Part shown: piece after piece, positions 34,047 to 42,113 of the stretch
How the letters are laid out: each line of letters begins with the position of its first letter
Numbering within the stretch: position 1 is the stretch's first letter
The notes under the pieces: generated by a model
Told to the model about the DNA's origin: nothing
Databases searched by the model: none
Seen by the model: only the letters and a program-made list of their open reading frames with translations
From: Chloroflexota bacterium
GTDB taxonomy: Bacteria > Chloroflexota > Anaerolineae > Anaerolineales > VGOW01
Direction of reading: 5' to 3'
NCBI GenBank assembly: GCA_016875735.1
Contig: VGOW01000015.1
Location: 2,311-66,310, forward strand
DNA length: 64,000 bases
Program-made: the position numbers and the translations under genes

Positions 34047-35789
34047 TCATCCGTAGAAGTTGAACCCGCCAAAAGAGCTCAATTGTTGCTGCAAATAGAT
34101 GTTGCCGATCACCTGCGATTGGAGCACGGCATATTGATCGCGCAGGGCGCTCTCTCGATCCGTGAGTCTCTCTTCCATGAAGGTGATTTGATCGTTGATG
34201 TTGCTGATCTCGTCGGTGATGGCCTTCTTGCTCGATGTGAGCGTTCCCGACGTGGCATCCGTCATTCCATTGAGGGTTAGCGTCATGCGGTCGGCCACTT
34301 TGGCCAGCAGGGCCTTCACGCCGGCCGAGTCGTTCGTCAGCGCGGTATCAAACTTTGACGTGTCGCTGATCGTCATTTGCAGATTCTCGTCGAGCGTGAT
34401 GCCGATCTGAGCTAACGTGGTTGCCGACCCGGCAGGCAGGCCGGAGTAGCGGTTGGTGAGGTCGTCGATCAAATCACTGCGAAGGGTCGTATACGAGTAG
34501 TCGTCGGCGAGTACGCCGCGCGTGTACTTGGCCGTGGCGGTGGTGCTGCCGTCGCCGGTCACGCCGGTCTTGTCGGCGAGATAGGTGTTGAGGCTGTTGA
34601 CTTTGTTCAGCCAGTCTCCCGCCTCACTGCGCACGGCGGCGTTGTCGCGGGCAACGGTGATTTTTGCGGTCTGAGAGGCGGCGTCCGACGCGAAGTTGAG
34701 AGTGACGCCGGTGATCACGTCATCCAACCCGGTGTGCTTGCTTCGGGTGACGCTGAGTCCGTTGACGCTGAAGGTGGCGTTGCTCGCCGTTTGCATCACG
34801 TTCTTGAATGCGCCCGCGCCGGTTAGCACGCCGAGTGTCTGCAATACCGTGCCGCTTGTGTCGCTGGCGGTGATGCTGTGGGTTGCGCCGGTTTCGTTGG
34901 CGGCCAGCACGAGTTGCTTGTCCACCACACTCGCCGTCACCGTATCGCCGGAGGCGAAGGTTGCGCCGTTGATGGCGGAGGCGATGTCGTTGAGGGTGTG
35001 GGTGGCTGCTACGGTGATGCTCGCGCCCTGCGCGGTGTAGCTGAGTTGCGCCGCGCCTGCGCCTTTGCTGGCGGCAGTGTATTGTCCGCTGTCTGCGCCG
35101 AAGGTGATGGTGAGGCCGCGACCCGTGTTGTACGATCCGCCGCCGGTGGGGATGGATTGCCAGTTGCTGGTGTAATCGGTGGTCGAACCGGATTTCACGG
35201 ATACGGCTTTGCCATCGGCATCCACCATTCGGAACTGCCAGCCGCTTGTCGCATCGTTGCGTGTTTCGACATAGTACGCGCCTTTGCCCAGTTCCTTCTG
35301 GCCGCTGGCGATGGAGGCAACGTCGAAGGCGGTGACGGTGTTGGCGATGGTGGAGGTGGTGGTTTGGGATCGGGAGGCAGCGCCGCCGATGACGAATGTG
35401 CCGCTGAAGTTGAGGGCCTGATCGGCGTAGGTTTGCTGGTCGGATCGAACGCGGTGTTCTTTCGCCAGCACGATGTCGGCGATGTTGTAAACACCGGCGG
35501 TGGCTGTGCTGGAGGCGGTGGCGGTGAGCACGGTTTTGCCGGTGGGTTGATCGGAAACCGTGACGGCGCGTTGATCGAAAACGGAGGCGAGGGCGGTGCT
35601 GGCGAACTTGTCAACAACGGCGCGAAGCGAACTGAGTTTGGCGCCCAGATCGCTGAAGACGGCGCCCTTGGCTTGCAGTTCGCTCCGGCGCGATTGGAGA
35701 GTCTGCAAAGGCTGCCGTTCCACCGTCATCAGTTGGGTGATGAGGCTGGTGAAGTAGGTGTTGACGTTGCTGATGGATGCCGTGGTCAT
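34047..35789 (-). CDS. fliD: Filament cap protein FliD
   Basis: 580 aa. 'FTSLITQLMTVERQPLQTLQSRRSELQAKGAVFSDLGAKLSSL' and C-terminal 'RLTDRESALRDQYAVLQSQV'. Confidence 0.88.
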   Translation of the reverse strand: MTTASISNVNTYFTSLITQLMTVERQPLQTLQSRRSELQAKGAVFSDLGAKLSSLRAVVDKFASTALASVFDQRAVTVSDQPTGKTVLTATASSTATAGVYNIADIVLAKEHRVRSDQQTYADQALNFSGTFVIGGAASRSQTTTSTIANTVTAFDVASIASGQKELGKGAYYVETRNDATSGWQFRMVDADGKAVSVKSGSTTDYTSNWQSIPTGGGSYNTGRGLTITFGADSGQYTAASKGAGAAQLSYTAQGASITVAATHTLNDIASAINGATFASGDTVTASVVDKQLVLAANETGATHSITASDTSGTVLQTLGVLTGAGAFKNVMQTASNATFSVNGLSVTRSKHTGLDDVITGVTLNFASDAASQTAKITVARDNAAVRSEAGDWLNKVNSLNTYLADKTGVTGDGSTTATAKYTRGVLADDYSYTTLRSDLIDDLTNRYSGLPAGSATTLAQIGITLDENLQMTISDTSKFDTALTNDSAGVKALLAKVADRMTLTLNGMTDATSGTLTSSKKAITDEISNINDQITFMEERLTDRESALRDQYAVLQSQVIGNIYLQQQLSSFGGFNFYG

Positions 35790-35824
35790 GTCGCCGCTCT
35801 CTCTGCCGCTCCGCTAAAGGTCTG

Positions 35825-35854
35825 CTCCCTCTCCCGCGGGGGCGGGAGAGGGAG
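35825..35854 (-). terminator. Hairpin downstream of the flagellin gene
   Basis: Perfect 13-bp stem CTCCCTCTCCCGC/GCGGGAGAGGGAG, about 50 nt after the fliC stop. No strong U-run. Confidence 0.45.
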
Positions 35855-35903
35855 AGGGAGAGAATTGGAGGTAATTCAGGCGGGGCGCCTGTGATGACCG
35901 GGA

Positions 35904-36758
35904 TTACCGGAACAGCGAGAGGATGTACTGCGGGCCGGCGTTCGCCTGAGCCAACATCGCCGTCGAGGTCTGTTGCAGGATGGTGAACTTGGTCGCGTTT
36001 ACCTGCTCTTGGGCCATGTTGGCGTTCATGATGCGGTTGTAGGCCGCTTCGGTGTTGGCGTGGGCCACTTGCAGGTTCTGCTCTTGGAAGGAGAGCCGGG
36101 ACATGGTGGAGCCAACCGAGGCGATGCTGGTGCCCAGCGTGTCGAGGGCGGCGTTGACGCTGGTGAGGTAGACGGAGAACGTTTCCGCGCTCGCGCTCGA
36201 CAGAGAAGTCGTCGCCAGATCGAGGCCAGCGGTGCCCGAGGCCGAGTAGGTGTGGGCTTGCCCGAATTGGAAGTTGATGCTGTCGCCAGCGTCCGCGCCG
36301 ATGCGGAGGTTCTTGTCGGTGTACGTGCCGTCCAACAGTTTCTGGCCGTTCCACTTCGTCTGATCGACGATGGTGTCCACCTGCTCCAGGTATTGGTTCA
36401 TCTGAGCCATGATGATCTTGCGCTCCGATGAGCCGATGGTGTCGCCAGCGGCTTCGAGCACTTTGTTGCGGACTTTGACCATAATGTCGTTGATCTTGCG
36501 CAGGCCGCCTTCGGCCACGGAGAGCAAGTTCTTCGCGTCGGCGATCATGTCTTGCGCGACCAGCATGCCTTCGGAGCGAAATTGGAATTTGGCGGCAAAT
36601 TGGAAGCCAGCCGGATCATCCTCCGCCGAGTTGATGCGCTTGCCGGTGGACAGGCGGGTCTGGGCGACGGTCAATTGAGAGTTGATGTTTTGGAGCGAAT
36701 AGAGGGCGTTGAGTGCGCCAATGTTGCCGGCAATGCGGCTGAGATCTGGGGATGCCAT
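35904..36758 (-). CDS. fliC: Flagellin (short, 284 aa)
   Basis: 'IGALNALYSLQNINSQLTVAQTRLSTGKRINSAEDDPAGFQFAAKF' and 'NRIMNANMAQEQVNATKFTILQQTSTAMLAQANAGPQYILSLF'. The central region is Ser/Thr-rich. Confidence 0.92.
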   Translation of the reverse strand: MASPDLSRIAGNIGALNALYSLQNINSQLTVAQTRLSTGKRINSAEDDPAGFQFAAKFQFRSEGMLVAQDMIADAKNLLSVAEGGLRKINDIMVKVRNKVLEAAGDTIGSSERKIIMAQMNQYLEQVDTIVDQTKWNGQKLLDGTYTDKNLRIGADAGDSINFQFGQAHTYSASGTAGLDLATTSLSSASAETFSVYLTSVNAALDTLGTSIASVGSTMSRLSFQEQNLQVAHANTEAAYNRIMNANMAQEQVNATKFTILQQTSTAMLAQANAGPQYILSLFR

Positions 36759-36762
36759 GGTA

Positions 36763-36808
36763 GAAAACCTCCTTGTTTTCTAGGGTGTTGGCCGGGGATC
36801 CTTCCCCG
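36763..36808 (-). promoter_or_regulatory. Two candidate CsrA-binding hairpins in the flagellin 5' leader
   Basis: Minus strand: CGGGG-AAGGAT-CCCCG (36793..36808) and GAAAAC-AAGGAG-GTTTTC (36763..36780; the loop is the Shine-Dalgarno). Each presents GGA in a hexaloop. Confidence 0.55.
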
Positions 36809-36928
36809 ATGGTTGTGATGTTCTGCCCGATTGTGTTTGCCCAGTGGCGGGCAGATTACCGCTGGGCGTTGGGGCGCTGGCCGCGTCCGTTATCACCTCC
36901 GTTTGGGTCTGTTTCGCTGTTGAGTGCA

Positions 36929-36955
36929 TTATCGGCAGGGGCAGGCCCAACTTGG
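36929..36955 (-). promoter_or_regulatory. Sigma-28 (FliA) type promoter of the flagellin gene
   Basis: Minus strand CCAAGTTG-N11-GCCGATAA, about 170 nt upstream of the fliC ATG. Confidence 0.65.
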
Positions 36956-37012
36956 GTAAGCGCGAGTAAAGGAAGTGTGAAAATGGCCGGACGCGCCATA
37001 ACGGGCTAGAAA

Positions 37013-37042
37013 CAGAGAGACGACCGATCGGTCGTCTCTCTG
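37013..37042 (-). terminator. Strong hairpin ending the glycosyltransferase operon
   Basis: Perfect 13-bp stem CAGAGAGACGACC-gatc-GGTCGTCTCTCTG, followed by TTTC on the minus strand. Starts 26 nt after the stop of the 1664-aa gene. Confidence 0.6.
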
Positions 37043-37067
37043 TGGCGGTTGAGTTTGCCCGGCCTGC

Positions 37068-40000
37068 TCATGGCATCATCCGCAGGACATGTTCTCCCAG
37101 CGCATCTAAGGCTTCAGCCACCTCTGTGCCGCCGAGGATATGCGCGGCTTGAGCGTTAGATCGGACTATTGCCACGAAATCGCTGTTGAATCGATCTCGA
37201 TAGTGTTCTAGCGCCTCGTCCACATCGTTGGCATTGAGCAAGCATTGGAAGGTTTCTAGCGCGGGCGGTTGCAGTGCGGCCTTCAATGGAGATTGCAGTA
37301 GGCGGTCGATGTGGGCGGCAAGGTTGTACAGCGCGGATGCAAGTTCAGAGTTGCCGTCCGCTTCGGCCGTGTCCGCGTTGAGTCGGACGAGCGCCAACAT
37401 TTCGGTGTCCAACTGATCGACGTGTTTGGCAAGAGCGGCGGCCAGATCATTCTGACTGAGGAGGAACTGCAATGTGTTGACCGCTCGTTCGCTGAAGGTG
37501 GGCGTGATCTGTGGAGTGAGCGAGAATGAAATGGGGTATGGCTGCCATCCATCCTCGCCATCGCCGCCCAACTGTGAGCACAAGTGCATCCATGATTGGC
37601 GAACTATCAAATTGCCCGGCTGTAAATGGATGAATGCCCGCAGGCAGTCGCCGCACTCGGCGATGCGCTGTTGTTGCAAGTGCTCTTTCGCGGCGGTCAG
37701 TATCATTTCTGGCGATTGATTCATGGTTTGGCGGTTCAGCCAAACAGTGGCGCCTGCCGGGGAGCGCCGATAAGTTACCGCGCCGACTTGTGTGTAGCTC
37801 GGATCGTTGTGGATGGCCGTGCTTTCTGGGCAACACCGCACCCGGAAACCAGCGCGCAAGGCTCGCTGAGAGAAATCCACGTCCTCGTTGCGCCGGAAGC
37901 CCAGGTTTTCGTCCCAGCCGATTGCCTCCCAAACTCGGGCGCTGACCATTAGCAGGCCACTGGTGAGATATAGATGTTCGTCCGGCTGGCCGTATGGCAG
38001 GAGGTGGTGGCCCGTTGGGCCGCCGATGGTTGTCCAATCCCAATGCCGCGTGCCATCTACGTTCAGCAACCGACCAACGAGTATGTCGTGAGACTCGAGA
38101 TGGGGTTGGAGCCCGGCATACCAGCCGGGTTGCAGAACAATATCGTCGTCGCAAAAGACGATGTGGCTGTATTTGCTGTGGGCGGCGGCGCTGTTGCGAA
38201 GGGAACTGGTATTTCCAGCGTTGGCGGCATCGGGCATTTCCAGCGAGGCCACGCCGGGCATTGGTTCTGCGATCCCGGCCACAATGATTTCGTATGAAGG
38301 AATGTCCTGTTGGTGGATGCTCCGGATCAGCCGCCGCAGTTTCTCATTGCGCTGGCCGGCCGAGATGATGCAGAAGCTGACGCCAGATGGCCGCTCGGCG
38401 CTCTTCCGCGCAGGCTCGCTTGCGCTGGCTTGGTGCAACTCCAAACCGCTGCTCAGCGCCTCGGCGCGTATGCTTTTCATCAGGTTGACTGCGCTCGCCG
38501 GAGACGTGGGCTCGGCAGGCACTCGGCCCGACTCTATTATGCTTGCCCAGCGCTCCACAACACTTGACCATGCATGACACGCTTGCCAATACTGATATCC
38601 GGCTTCTCCCATAGACTGCCGCAGGGCAGGGCGCTCCGCCAAAAAGGCCAGCGCCTGAGGGAAGTGGCGCAAGGGCACAATGAGGCCGCCAGCCTGCTCG
38701 GTCGCCGCGCCGCATTCGGGCGTGACTAACCAAGGCTTGCGATGACTCATGGCCTCCAATATGGTAACGGGCGAGACCTCACCTTTGGATGCCAGCACGA
38801 CCACGTCTGCGGCCTTCATGGCCGCGGCTACATCTTGACGAGGCAACCCCGGGATGTAGAGCGCTCGTGGGTTTTTTCGGATAGCCTCCATCACTGCGGC
38901 GCCGTACGCCGCCTCGCCGGACTCGCGGGCCGGATGTCCAATCATCACCAACCGCCAGTTATCTGGCAGTGAACGCAACGTTTCAAGCAAGCCAAGATGG
39001 TTTTTGACTGACCAGAGGTTGGCTACATGAAGAATGACGAACTCATCAGCGCCCAGCCCATGCTTAAGGCGGAAATCGCCGCTCGGTTCTATGGGCTCAG
39101 TGGCATGTGGCATGAAAGCATAAGGAATGCGATCCTCTTCGAGATATTGTGTATCCACACCGGAATGGCTGGCCGCCAGAACGGCAGTCGCATTGCGCAG
39201 AATGACGCCAAGCCGCTGGCGAAACTCGCGCCGATTGCGCCATGAGTTATAGCCATCTTGGTTGATCATCAACTGCACAATGAAACGAGTCTGTTTGGGC
39301 CACTGAGCCGATTCCACTGACCATATAAACTGGTTGCACGGATCGGCATACATGATCACAGCATCATATTGGCCAGACAAGGCTAACAGGCGCAACTGCA
39401 GCACCCACGCTGGCTCACCGCTGCGCCTCGGCTGTGTATCGAGTGGAAGTATGTGCACGCCGCGATAGATATGGTCCGCCCTATCGGGAATGGCAAATGT
39501 CGCCACCTCGACCGTGTAACCCTTATCAACCAAATGACCTCCAAGCGCCTCGACTTGCGCTTCCAACCCTCCCACAGAGGGCCAAAAATACGGGGCTGCC
39601 AGCAGCACTCTTTTTTGTTGCCTGCCCGACTCTGTTGTTGAAGCCGACACGAGAACGGATTCTTGATAGCGTGATCCGTCAAGGCCGAGCACACCCGCCC
39701 ACTCGTGCGCGACCCGACTCGCGTCGCTGGCCTCGAACAAATCGTTTTCGTGCGTGTGCGCGTCGAAGGCGACTGGCACAGGGCGAACCGCGATTGCAGC
39801 AGCCGAAGCGCTGGGTATTGCAGACTGCCCCGCCAACCCGCGAAGGTGCTCTGCAAGTCCTGAGATCGCGTCGCCGCGCGAGAGCATTGTGTCGGTCGCC
39901 CATGCTCGCAGTGATTCGCCGCTTTCGGTTGACGGTTGGCGGCAAGCGGTCAAAAAGGCATCGCGCGTGGTCAGGCGTGGCACGTGCTGATACCAGTCGG

Positions 40001-42062
40001 CGGCGAAGTCCTCGGTCAGTGGGATCGGCTCAACCATTGCGATTGGGCGCTTGGCGATGGAGGCCTCGATGAGCGAAGTTGAAAACGACGAGATGACCAC
40101 ATCACTTGCGAGAATCCATTCGCGAACCGAGCCGTCTTTGATGAAGTGTAACCCTTGCGCCGGCTGTGCGGACACATGTTTATCAAAGAAAGCCAGCACG
40201 TCTTTGCGATGAGTGGCCGGTTTCGGACGGAATATCACTTCGTGATCACCGGTTGCCCCAGCCGCCTGACACCACTGCAATAGAGCAATGAGTGAGTCGC
40301 GCGCGAAGTCTCGCATGGCGCGCATTTGTTTTGTGTCGGCTCCCCGCTCGGCGCGTTCATGCAAGTCTGAATCTCGCATGAATGCCCATCGGTAGTTTTC
40401 GGGCACGAAGACCCAGCGTCGATCTGGATGGAGCGCATATCGTTGCGCAAGAGATTGCCGGCTGGGGTATTTGTGGCGATATGGATCGAGATATAACTGA
40501 TAAGCAGGGTTGCCATTCAGAAAGATGTGATCTCCGGCTACCCCGTGTTGCAACAGATAGTCTTGGAAAAACTCTCCCCATGCGTGATGATGAACATGCC
40601 GTCGTGTGAAGTCGTCTGCCGGGGCTTTGATCTTGGTGTGGCCTTGATAGAATATCTCCTCCCATGCCAGATTGAAAAACAATGCGTTGGGCCAGCGCCG
40701 AAGAAACGTATTTGTTCCGGCATCATTAGTGCAATAGAAGTAGGGCACGGCGACCACGCGCGGCTCAAAGGCTTGAGTCAAGCGATCCACGTCAGCATAC
40801 ATGTTGCGGATTTCAACCCTCAGCCCATATTGGGTTTCCAGTATTGCCTTCACGGCGCAGGCCACATCCAATTCTCGCGCAACATGCTCGATGAGCCAAA
40901 GGATATCCACAGGTTGAGCAGTTTCAGCGGGCCACTTTGTGAGAGTTGGGCTTTGCTTATGTTGCCCCACCTGGAGGTAATGATCCCAACCCGAAACGAA
41001 CTGGCCGCTCTTCACGGCGGCGGCCCCATCGGGGTTGCAGGCCATATACGAAGACTCGTCGAATCTAGCGAAACGTGTTGGCTGTTTGGAATCAGTGTTG
41101 TTGACAACCGCTTCCCGTGAAGGATTGCGGCGAGACTCTGCTCTCGATGAGGGCCTACCCTGCATAAACGTCCAGTGGGGAAGTTGTTTGTCCAAGCCCC
41201 TTCGGGAATTGATCACCTCTGGGCGAGCGAAGATGCTGTTGATCACTTGCGGCCCGCGATCCCGCACAGCCAGCAGAGTCAAATCGGCCGCCTTGAGCAA
41301 CGATTGTATTCGCTCCAACACATCCCAGCCGCTGGCTTCGATCATGAGCGACTTGAGGCCTTGGGCCTTCAACAGGCTTTCCGCGCCCGTGAGAATGGTC
41401 TCCTCGCCGCCATCCACATCTATCTTGATGTGGTTGGGGAGCGCCGCGCCAAATTTGTTGACGAAGTCATCTGCAGTGATACACACTACCGATTGCCGAT
41501 AGGCCGGCTCAAATGCTGCCCCGCGATAGTCAACCGGCGCTCCCAGCGAATGGCTTGCCATGCCCGAATCGAGATGCGTGTAATTGAAAGTATCCAACCC
41601 CGTTCGCCCGTGCAGCGCAAGAATGTAAGGTGAGATACAGGCTTGAAACTTGTTCAAAAGCACGTTCCGGCAGAGTTGGGCATAAGTCGAAAACGCTGGC
41701 TCGAACGCGCTGATTGAGATATTGCCATGACAATGGGCGGCGGCTATCAAGGAATATGCGCCCACATTAGCGCCCACGTCCCACACCACATCGCCGGGCT
41801 CAACAAAACCTTCAATCCACTCTATCGTTTCGGGCTCCTTGCGGCAGGCCTGCGCGCGATAACGATCCATCTCGGAATCAGCGTGAAGGAAGAGAGTGTG
41901 CTTCGGGTAGTCTAGTTGAATGGTTGCCGCCAACGCTTGGCGCACCCGAATGAGCGCTGGCAGCGAGATGCCCTGCAGGCTGGCCGGCAGACGAGCCACA
42001 AGGTCTTTTTCTGCCGGGCTCAGTTCAGCATCGGAATAGATTGGTGCGTAACTTTGATGCAT
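37068..42062 (-). CDS. 1664-aa multidomain enzyme: FkbM methyltransferase + unknown Rossmann-like domain + GT4 + GT2 + paired helical C-terminal repeats
   Basis: aa 85-260 'VVWDVGANVGAYSLIAA...ISAFEPAFSTY...HIKIDVDGGEETIL' (FkbM family). aa 385-705 uncharacterised. aa 818-1180 'RVLLAAPYFWPSVGGLEAQ...ASKGEVSPVTILEAMSHRKPWL' (GT4/GT-B). aa 1228-1420 'VSFCIISAGQRNEKL...IVFCDDDIVLQPGW...NEDVDFSQRA' (GT2/GT-A). No TM helix seen. Confidence 0.8.
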   Translation of the reverse strand: MHQSYAPIYSDAELSPAEKDLVARLPASLQGISLPALIRVRQALAATIQLDYPKHTLFLHADSEMDRYRAQACRKEPETIEWIEGFVEPGDVVWDVGANVGAYSLIAAAHCHGNISISAFEPAFSTYAQLCRNVLLNKFQACISPYILALHGRTGLDTFNYTHLDSGMASHSLGAPVDYRGAAFEPAYRQSVVCITADDFVNKFGAALPNHIKIDVDGGEETILTGAESLLKAQGLKSLMIEASGWDVLERIQSLLKAADLTLLAVRDRGPQVINSIFARPEVINSRRGLDKQLPHWTFMQGRPSSRAESRRNPSREAVVNNTDSKQPTRFARFDESSYMACNPDGAAAVKSGQFVSGWDHYLQVGQHKQSPTLTKWPAETAQPVDILWLIEHVARELDVACAVKAILETQYGLRVEIRNMYADVDRLTQAFEPRVVAVPYFYCTNDAGTNTFLRRWPNALFFNLAWEEIFYQGHTKIKAPADDFTRRHVHHHAWGEFFQDYLLQHGVAGDHIFLNGNPAYQLYLDPYRHKYPSRQSLAQRYALHPDRRWVFVPENYRWAFMRDSDLHERAERGADTKQMRAMRDFARDSLIALLQWCQAAGATGDHEVIFRPKPATHRKDVLAFFDKHVSAQPAQGLHFIKDGSVREWILASDVVISSFSTSLIEASIAKRPIAMVEPIPLTEDFAADWYQHVPRLTTRDAFLTACRQPSTESGESLRAWATDTMLSRGDAISGLAEHLRGLAGQSAIPSASAAAIAVRPVPVAFDAHTHENDLFEASDASRVAHEWAGVLGLDGSRYQESVLVSASTTESGRQQKRVLLAAPYFWPSVGGLEAQVEALGGHLVDKGYTVEVATFAIPDRADHIYRGVHILPLDTQPRRSGEPAWVLQLRLLALSGQYDAVIMYADPCNQFIWSVESAQWPKQTRFIVQLMINQDGYNSWRNRREFRQRLGVILRNATAVLAASHSGVDTQYLEEDRIPYAFMPHATEPIEPSGDFRLKHGLGADEFVILHVANLWSVKNHLGLLETLRSLPDNWRLVMIGHPARESGEAAYGAAVMEAIRKNPRALYIPGLPRQDVAAAMKAADVVVLASKGEVSPVTILEAMSHRKPWLVTPECGAATEQAGGLIVPLRHFPQALAFLAERPALRQSMGEAGYQYWQACHAWSSVVERWASIIESGRVPAEPTSPASAVNLMKSIRAEALSSGLELHQASASEPARKSAERPSGVSFCIISAGQRNEKLRRLIRSIHQQDIPSYEIIVAGIAEPMPGVASLEMPDAANAGNTSSLRNSAAAHSKYSHIVFCDDDIVLQPGWYAGLQPHLESHDILVGRLLNVDGTRHWDWTTIGGPTGHHLLPYGQPDEHLYLTSGLLMVSARVWEAIGWDENLGFRRNEDVDFSQRALRAGFRVRCCPESTAIHNDPSYTQVGAVTYRRSPAGATVWLNRQTMNQSPEMILTAAKEHLQQQRIAECGDCLRAFIHLQPGNLIVRQSWMHLCSQLGGDGEDGWQPYPISFSLTPQITPTFSERAVNTLQFLLSQNDLAAALAKHVDQLDTEMLALVRLNADTAEADGNSELASALYNLAAHIDRLLQSPLKAALQPPALETFQCLLNANDVDEALEHYRDRFNSDFVAIVRSNAQAAHILGGTEVAEALDALGEHVLRMMP

Positions 42063-42113
42063 GGTGTGTGCCTTTGCTTTTGGAAATTTCCACTAACCGC
42101 GCATGATGAACCA

